In this document: piece by piece, positions 55,232 to 64,000 of the stretch
Position numbering within the stretch: position 1 is the stretch's first letter
Layout of the letters: each line of letters begins with the position of its first letter
Origin: Eledone cirrhosa
Taxonomy: Eukaryota
Assembly: GCA_964016885.1 (NCBI GenBank)
Contig: OZ024742.1
Coordinates: 22,444,001 to 22,508,000, forward strand
Length of the DNA: 64,000 nucleotides
Direction: 5' to 3'
The notes under the pieces: generated by a model
Seen by the model: only the letters and a program-made list of their open reading frames with translations
Databases searched by the model: none
What the model was told of the DNA's origin: nothing
Position numbers and translations under genes: made by a program

Positions 55232-55290
<59 letters not shown>

Positions 55291-55308
55291 TATATATATT
55301 TATATATA

Positions 55309-55557
<249 letters not shown>

Positions 55558-55570
55558 TTATATATATATA

Positions 55571-55723
<153 letters not shown>

Positions 55724-55881
55724 TTATATATATATTTATATATATATAACGAAGGAAATGTGGTAAGGAACCACAGAACGACCATCACGCACCAAAGTAC
55801 TCAATACTTATTGTAGTAGAGTGGGTAATAGGAATTAGCCGTCGAAACGGCTTGAGCTCTGCCGTCGGGGTCATACTTGTT

Positions 55882-55919
<38 letters not shown>

Positions 55920-55922
<3 letters not shown>

Positions 55923-56110
55923 CTTCAAAATATTAATAAATATAGACATTCATGTGATCTAATATATTTTATTATACATATTTCAGAGATCCTGAGGTAG
56001 AGACCTATAAATACCATATTTATTTTTCAGTACGTCCTCATCAGATAAAATAAGTTGATGCCTGACATACCTTGACTACGTTGATGGTTATAATTTAGTC
56101 ATGGCAGTGA
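55920..56110 (-). mobile_element. Diverged single-arm copy of the 40.2-kb hammerhead pLTR family
   Basis: ttcaaaatattaataaatatagacattca...cagtacgtcctcatcagataaaa matches 40191-40296. Confidence 0.8.
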
Positions 56111-56135
56111 TTAGTTATGACAAAACTCGTTAAAC

Positions 56136-56190
<55 letters not shown>

Positions 56191-56611
56191 GATAGATAGA
56201 TACACATATATAGATAGATACACATATATAATATACATGTATACATATATATATATACACGTACATAGCGGAATCTATCGGTTTCTTCTGAAGTCACTTT
56301 TGGTCTATAAGAGTGCATACCTGTTGCGATGACAACCATTTACGTTGTCACAGCAGCACATTCATCACAGTAATGCCTAAGAACGTTACAATGATTAATC
56401 AAACAAATGTTTTTCTCAGACGAAATACTGCTTCATCTTTAGAATGTTGTAATCAAGAAATTATAAAATTAAACATTTTAAAATAAACCCCATCACATTC
56501 AACTGATACTATGTTAGGTTAGTACACACACACACACATATACACGCACACACATAGACACACACACACAGACACACAGACACACACACTCACACATACA
56601 TATATATATAT

Positions 56612-56975
56612 CCGGGTGTAGGAGGTTTATCCGGGGTTTCTTAAAGGAATTTGTCCCAAAACTTTTTGAACTTTATGGGGTCTTTTTCTGTTTTAATGTG
56701 TCTTGGTGTAATGTTGAAGAGAACGGAGACAATTGAGGTGAAATAATTGTACCGTATTGATGTTATGAGATGCAAGTGTGATTTTTGTTGTGCGCGGATA
56801 GCTCGGGGCCCAAGCATTGGGTGTACCTTAAAGATGATGCCAATATCATTTGGGCAATGCTGATGGAATGTTTTCCACATCATGCAGATGATATTGCCCT
56901 CAGGGCGACATTGGAGAGAATAAAGTTTGAGTTTTTCAGGTCGACCCCAATAGTCAAGGCCTGACATGCCATCTA
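56612..56975 (-). mobile_element. CR1/L2-group LINE 3' fragment
   Basis: DGMSGLDYWGRPEKLKLYSLQCR...LFNITP...FKKFWDKFL, typical of the CR1-group C-terminus. Confidence 0.75.
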
Positions 56976-59900
56976 ACTAATAAGTGTTTCGATAGAGACC
57001 TATTAGACATTGAAAAAAAAGTTTTCACAGGACGTTGGCAACCCCTGCCAAAAACCAATAAACCGTGTCCTGTTGAAATGTTTCGCCACCCCACTCAACA
57101 CCCCCACCAGAACTGAAATGGAGATTGAACAACCCGATCTCCAGGAAACAAAAAGGTAAGTGCACCTTTTCGTCTTTTTTGCCAACTCTTCTCCACCAAC
57201 ATGGCTGACTTACGAGTTGGAATCGTGAATGTGCGTGGCCTACGGATGCCCTGGAAACAGGGCAAACCTTTAAATGACCTTAGGTCACACGGTATTGATG
57301 TAATAGCCATCACTGAGTCCAGGATCTACAACAGGCAGCAACTAAGCCCCATCTTCAATGACTTTGAGATCTACGCATTTCTCTGTCAGCCGGGAGGTGG
57401 AGGGGGAGTGACTGTCATGTTTCGGAAAAACCTGGATCTCGAAATACAGCAAGTACACTTGGACCTGGAGGGTAGACTGGTGGTCCTAGACGTGAACAGT
57501 ATTGTAGGTGGAGCTTTCAGACTGGTGGCCGTTTATGCCGCGACCGGGCAATCACAATCGCGGCCAGACTTCTTTAAGCGTCTGGAGTCTTTTCTGGGAA
57601 CGTCTCGTTCCTTCCTTTTAGTGGGGGACTGGAATGGTATCCTAGATGCACGATGGGACTATGTGGGAGCATGTCCCAGTAGAGCGGGGTGCAACAGCCT
57701 CAAAAATCTAATCAGCCAATTCCAACTGGCTGATAGATATCGACTAGATTTCCCAACTGCACCACAGTGGACGTGGGCAAACCGCAGCGGGACATCTAGA
57801 TCGTATCTAGAGAGGTTTTTCATTAGAGAAAATGACAAGAAGATGTTAAGCTGTCTACAAATGCACATGGTTGCCTATTCAGATCACAAACTAGTCGTCG
57901 CATAGTCAACCGTGATAGAATACATAGACAAGGACCCGGATACTGGAAGCTGAACGTGTCGTTGCCGGCACGAAAAGCCTACAGTCAACGGATAAGTAGA
58001 TTAGTTAAGCAAGAGTTGACGGGAGCCATCGCCAACAATAGATGGTGGTACTCTCTCAAGAGAGCAATTAGAGTACAATCGATAGGTTTTAGCAGAGAAT
58101 TAGCTTTAGAGAAAAACAAATCAGAAACAGAACTAGTAGCCAAAGTAGAAGAGGCGCTTAGGAGTGGCAATGCAGCTAGAGTGCTAGCATCGAGAACGGC
58201 ACTGGACCAGTTCTTCGACGCGAAACACGAAGGATGCGTGGTCAGAAGTAAATCACGTGCTCTAGGAAACGGGGGAGCAAAAGCTGTTAGCTGGGCCCGA
58301 GTGGCGGAAGCGAAAAGTGGCAACAAGTCCACGATTCGGTCTTTGAAAGACCAAAATGGACGCGTGCTACTTGACCCCAGGCATATGTGCGAGGCGCCTC
58401 AGCAGCACTTTGCGCGACTGTTTGAGCAGAACGACGGTGCACCGAACGTGGCAATGAACTTTGGTTCATACCTCGAGACCTGCCGCGTCTCTCGAGCATG
58501 GATGCCGAGTTCTACGAAAGACCAATCACAGCCACTGAGATACGGGACGCTCTGGGTCGCTGCGGGAAACGCAAGTCACCCGGTCTAGATGGTCTACCCT
58601 ATGAGTTTTACATATGCATGCCGGACTTGTTCTCTGGCGTCCTCGAAACCGTCTACTGCAATTGGCAGTAGAACGGGACAATTCCCAGTTCTGCAGGTAA
58701 GGGCGTAGTAACGCTGATCAGGAAAGACGAGAACAAGGGGGACGAAATAAACAATTTCTGGCCCATAACTCTGCTCAACACAGAGTTAAAGATTTTGGCC
58801 AAGGTGTTAGCAACGAGGCTGGCGCTTGTTGAAAACCTGGTAGGGAAAGCGCAAACGTGTGCAATTCCGACCAGGTCCATACACGACAACTCCACCTCAT
58901 GCGATACATCATAGAGAGGGTATGGTGTAAACCCGGCTTCGGTGGGGCTCTGATCAATTTAGATCAGTGTAAGGCATTCGATAGGGTCGACCATCGATAC
59001 TTGGAAGCGGTTCTCAAGGCGACCGGTTTCGGTCCCGTTGTCAAAGGCAATGCACACCAGCATCTGCTCGAAGGTAAGGGTGAACGGCTACCTATCGGAG
59101 CCGTTCGCAATCACGCGTTCCATTCGACATGGATGCCCTCTCTCCTCCATTCTGTACGTATTGACTATAGAGCCACTACTGCGGAAGTTGGAGCTTTTGC
59201 AGGGCATCTCTTTAGAACCGGGACTGCGAAAAGCGGCGCCGGCTTATGCCGACGACGTGACTGTAATGGTGTCGAAAACCTCGTAAATCGAGGTAATCGG
59301 CAACCTACTACAGGAATACGACAGGTTCACAGGCGCAAAACTGAACCCGGACAAGTCTGTCGGTTTGCAACTCGGAACATGGAGAGGCAAACCGATGCCG
59401 TCCGACAGCATCGTCGGACGCTGGACGGAAGGACCGGTGAAATTGTTCGGGGTCTAGTTTGGTCCAAACCTCCAGGTGGAGAAAAACTGGAAGGAGATCA
59501 TGGCCAAGGTATTTGCGCTCACCCAGAAGTGGGCAGAGTGCAAACTGTCTTTGAAATGTTGAGCGGAGGTGGCGAACACTTTCATAGCGTCCCTCATCTA
59601 CTACCGCTTGACTGTCGTGCCTTGTCCCCGTGAATACGTCACCAAGATGGAACGCATGCTCTTCCAGCTCCTGTGGAAGAAGAAGGCTCCACTGGTGAGG
59701 AGATCCGTCTGCTGTAAACACCCTTCCAACGGAGAGCTGGCCATGCCGTGGCTAATGATGCGCAAACATGCGCTGAGGCTACGGCAACTTCAGGTATTCC
59801 TCAGTGACCAACCGGTGTGGGCATCGTTTGCGAGACAGGCCTTCCCACAACTTGTCTCGCTGACGGAGCTGCAGTGCTGGGTCAAGCGAACACCGAAGAA

Positions 59901-60757
59901 GATGGACGCCTGGCACATTGAATGCGCCCAGGCGCACAGTCCTCTGTCAAGCGGGCACAGCAATCAGTGGAGATTCCACTTCGACATTCTATAGAGGGTT
60001 AGTACTTTACAAGTGCGACGACGTGCTCGGGGAGACTCTAGGCGTCGTAGACGACGAGCTCACCAGTCTGTTTGGTAGGACTTTCCGCCTGGGACCTATG
60101 GACAACTTCCAAGTGGACGTGTCGAAGTTGCGAGCAAGACATTGAAACCGTCTTGCACGCAATTGTACACTGCCCGGGCGTAAGCGATCTGTGGAACTAT
60201 GCAGAACAACTGCTGTCGCGTATGGGACAAATCCAGTTAACTGCCCAGTCCATAGCAAGGATCAAACTGCGAGCCTCTTTCAAAAACGAAAGAGAGGCGG
60301 TTTTCCTCTGTACAGTGGCTATGGTGAAAGAGGTTATATGGTGGACGAGATTGAGAGGACTGAGGACAGATGCCTTTCTCTCCGGACACCAATTGATTCC
60401 CTTCTTTAAGTATCGCTTTAGAAGGAGAATCAGAGTGGAGAGAGAGGCACTGCACCCCCAGTAAATTTACTGAAAGGTGGGTGAAACAAGCGAAAATGGC
60501 CCGAGTGATTGGGCCTTCTCTGTTTATAAGCCTGAAGGTTAAAGAAGAGAGCAAAAGGAAGAAGGGAGCACTTGCACAACATGCTCCTGAAGTTGAGGGT
60601 TGTTCTATCGACGGGGTATTAAACAACCCATTTGTGGCGTCTCCCCCCTGTTGGCGATTTAGATTGTTATAATTGTTTGTTTGTTTTATATTTTAACACG
60701 ACATGTGTCTTTGTATTGTCCCCTTTTCTTGTGCACCCTTGTGGCAAATAAAGAAAT
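56976..60757 (+). mobile_element. Second, more decayed 5'-truncated L1/Tx1 LINE (ORF1 tail plus ORF2 from 57201)
   Basis: NVRGL, GDWN, SDH, KAFDRV, GCPLS and YADD motifs with many stops and frameshifts. Internal deletion before the CCHC finger. ccct.gtggcaaataaa end shared with element 1, followed by (TCTA)n. Confidence 0.92.
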
Positions 60758-60954
60758 CCATCTATCTATCTATCTATCAATATATCTATCTATCAATCTA
60801 TCTATCTATCTGTGTGTGTGTGTGTGTGTGTGCGTGTGTTTGTGTGTGTGTGTATAAATAATGGCGTACTCATGTAGGGAGATGCTATAAGTTAGCTTAT
60901 AAAAATAGAGTGAGTACACTTAAAGAAGTCTAAAGAAGTTGCCATCGGCCATCA

Positions 60955-61025
60955 ATTGGAATCGAACCTCGAATATCCCAGATTCCAGTTTGGCACTTTG
61001 AACCCTAAAGCCAAGGGACCGTGAC
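60955..61025 (-). other. tRNA-like pseudogene or SINE head
   Basis: Minus strand ggtcccttggctttaggg...gaggttcgattcc has A- and B-box-like motifs, but the acceptor stem does not close. Confidence 0.4.
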
Positions 61026-61379
61026 AGATCTTTCCGCCTTAAATAAGATAACCGAATCATAGCTTTTAAATGTCAACAAACATCGTATATACGTAGCCGA
61101 TATCTCAATCTTTTACGAAGCACTGAGGGGATAAAGTTAATATACAGAGTGGTGTGCTCATATACAGAGATGATATAAAATTGCTTATATCATAGTTTAT
61201 GAAATATAATTTATATCTAATAATATATTCCTTTCCACAGATTTATTCAATGAAACAGAAATACAAAAATGGGACGTTTGAGTGTGTGTAGTTTCTGGAG
61301 TGAATTAAATAGAAAGAGAGAAGAGGGAGAGAAAGGGAGAGAGAGGGGGAGTGATAAAGAGAGAGAGAGGGAGTGAGAA

Positions 61380-61441
<62 letters not shown>

Positions 61442-61830
61442 CGAGCAATGAATATTAGGACCCAAGGAAAGGGAGTATGGAGATGGAGATTAAGAAAGGT
61501 ATATACGATGAGAAAAAGGGAGATAATTCTATTAAAAAGAAGAATCTTTTATCAAGCCGTAGAATAGATTGAATAGCGAAGGTCTAAAATATGTAAATAT
61601 AATTAAGAATGAAAGAAAAACCTTCCAGTTAGTAGCCCCATAGTCTCTATATAATAATACTATTAATAGTGATAATAATACCAGTAAGGATAATATTTCT
61701 TATATATAAAATATATATATATATATAATGTATATACATGCATACATATGTGCATATATAAACCTACATATATGCATATATATATATATATATACATACA
61801 TGTATAATAACATATATATATACATCTATG

Positions 61831-62092
<262 letters not shown>

Positions 62093-62167
62093 GTATATAT
62101 ATATATATATACACATACATACATACGCACATACACACACAAACACAAACATATATACATATGTATA

Positions 62168-62200
<33 letters not shown>

Positions 62201-62372
62201 TTATATATATATACATGTATATATACATGCATGTATATATACATATAGACACACATATATACATACATACATACATATATATATATACATATATATATGT
62301 GTATATATATATATATATAAATATGTATATACATATATACCTACATATACAAATATATATATACACATACGT

Positions 62373-62455
<83 letters not shown>

Positions 62456-62763
62456 CATACATACATGTACACACATAGTCATGATATTAATCATCAAATT
62501 CTATTTGCTTCTCACAATAGCGATCCAGCGTTTCTTTAAGAAAATATTTCTTAAGATTTTCGAGGCGACATTGTTGGCCTTTTCTTGCCAAAGATAATGA
62601 AAGGGTCCTGGGAGGAGATGGAGTAACAATGAACCAGGGACGAAGATTTGAAAACAATAAAAACATATAGAGAAAAAATATGCAATTAATTAAGTTGTTT
62701 GTAATATTATTTTTTTGGAAATATAGAAAAAAATAAGGAATAGCTACCGGACTCTCTCATTAT

Positions 62764-62822
<59 letters not shown>

Positions 62823-63194
62823 TATGTATATATATATGTATATATATATATAGATAAGTATGTATGCATATATATGTGTAAGTGTATGTATATATATATA
62901 CATGTATGCATGTATATATTTATATAAATTTAAATATATATATATAGAGATTATATATAAATGTATATATAGATATATATATTTATATATATATATACAA
63001 TTATATATATATGTATATATATAAATATATACATATATAAAGATATATATATATTAATATATACTTTAATATATATATATGTGTGTGTGTGTGTGCGTGT
63101 GTGTGTATATATATACACATATTTGTTGAAAAAAACATACTAAACAAACTTCAGCATCCCCCTTCATACACACACACACACACACACACACACG

Positions 63195-63235
<41 letters not shown>

Positions 63236-63429
63236 TTATATATATACACATCTACATCTAGATGCATGGATATATACAAGCACTCATACATCCACATACA
63301 CATATATGCGTGTGTGTGTGTGTATGTGTTTGTGTGTATGTGAGGGTGTGTATTGAGAAAAAAGGGAAGACATATTCACCGAAACCTTGGTTAGATGGAA
63401 ATATTTTCAATAACTATATTAATACTAAT

Positions 63430-63803
63430 AATTGTTTCTACTTTTGGCACAAGGCCAGAAATTATCCAGTGTATTACTGGTACTTTATTTTATCGACCCT
63501 GTAAGGATGAAAGGCAAAGTTAACCTCGGCAGGATTTGAACTCAGATCGTAAAGGGACGTAACTACGCTGGAAAGCATGTCTGACCCTCTACCAATACTG
63601 CCAATTCAATACTAATAATTGCTTCTACTTTTGGCACAAGGCCAGCAAATATCAGTGCATTACTGGTACTTTATTTTATCGACCCCGTAAGGATGAAAGG
63701 CAAAGTTAACCTCAGCAGGATTTGAACTCAGATCAGAAAGGGGCGTAACTCTGTGCTGCAAAGTGTTGTCCGACCCTCTACCGATGCTGCCAGACCACCA
63801 CCC
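63430..63803 (-). mobile_element. Tandem SINE dimer (63430-63608, 63617-63803)
   Basis: The family core occurs twice, each copy preceded by aatactaataattg. Confidence 0.88.
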
Positions 63804-64000
63804 TTCAATACTAATAATGATATACATAATTATATACATATTTACATATATATACACATACGCTCGTGTACAAACATATACCCACATACATATATATAGT
63901 GATATACACACAGAATTATGTGGGCATATTGCTTCAATGTAAATAATCTATATATGTGTATGTGCATGTATGTATATGCATGCATGCATATACATGTGTG

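Noticed and set aside
60955-61025. Functional tRNA gene
   Set aside because: Box motifs are present but the cloverleaf is incomplete. The SINE heads elsewhere are likewise not tRNA genes.

Overview
Eukaryotic, repeat-dense window with no confidently identifiable host gene. The tRNA-derived SINE family and the heavy (TA)n/(CA)n load suggest a cephalopod (Octopus-like) genome; this is inferred, not proven. Bases 1-17.2 kb are a giant 60-bp tandem array with higher-order structure. Its minus strand has two stop-free frames that the ORF track omits, and most common unit variants are synonymous in the proline-rich one (QTLTSPPPTLPIPPPPTSLP). The rest holds two decayed L1/Tx1 LINEs, Penelope-like element (PLE) fragments (RT and GIY-YIG), CRE-, RTE- and CR1-like LINE fragments, a non-autonomous Helitron, a mariner-type MITE and about 14 SINE copies. 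The most notable hidden signal is a set of minimal type-I hammerhead ribozyme motifs with palindromic stem III, from several unrelated sequence families. Many sit in fold-back elements embedded in (TA)n tracts, which share a small ACTC-hairpin-GAGT leader. All coordinates and folds were read by eye.
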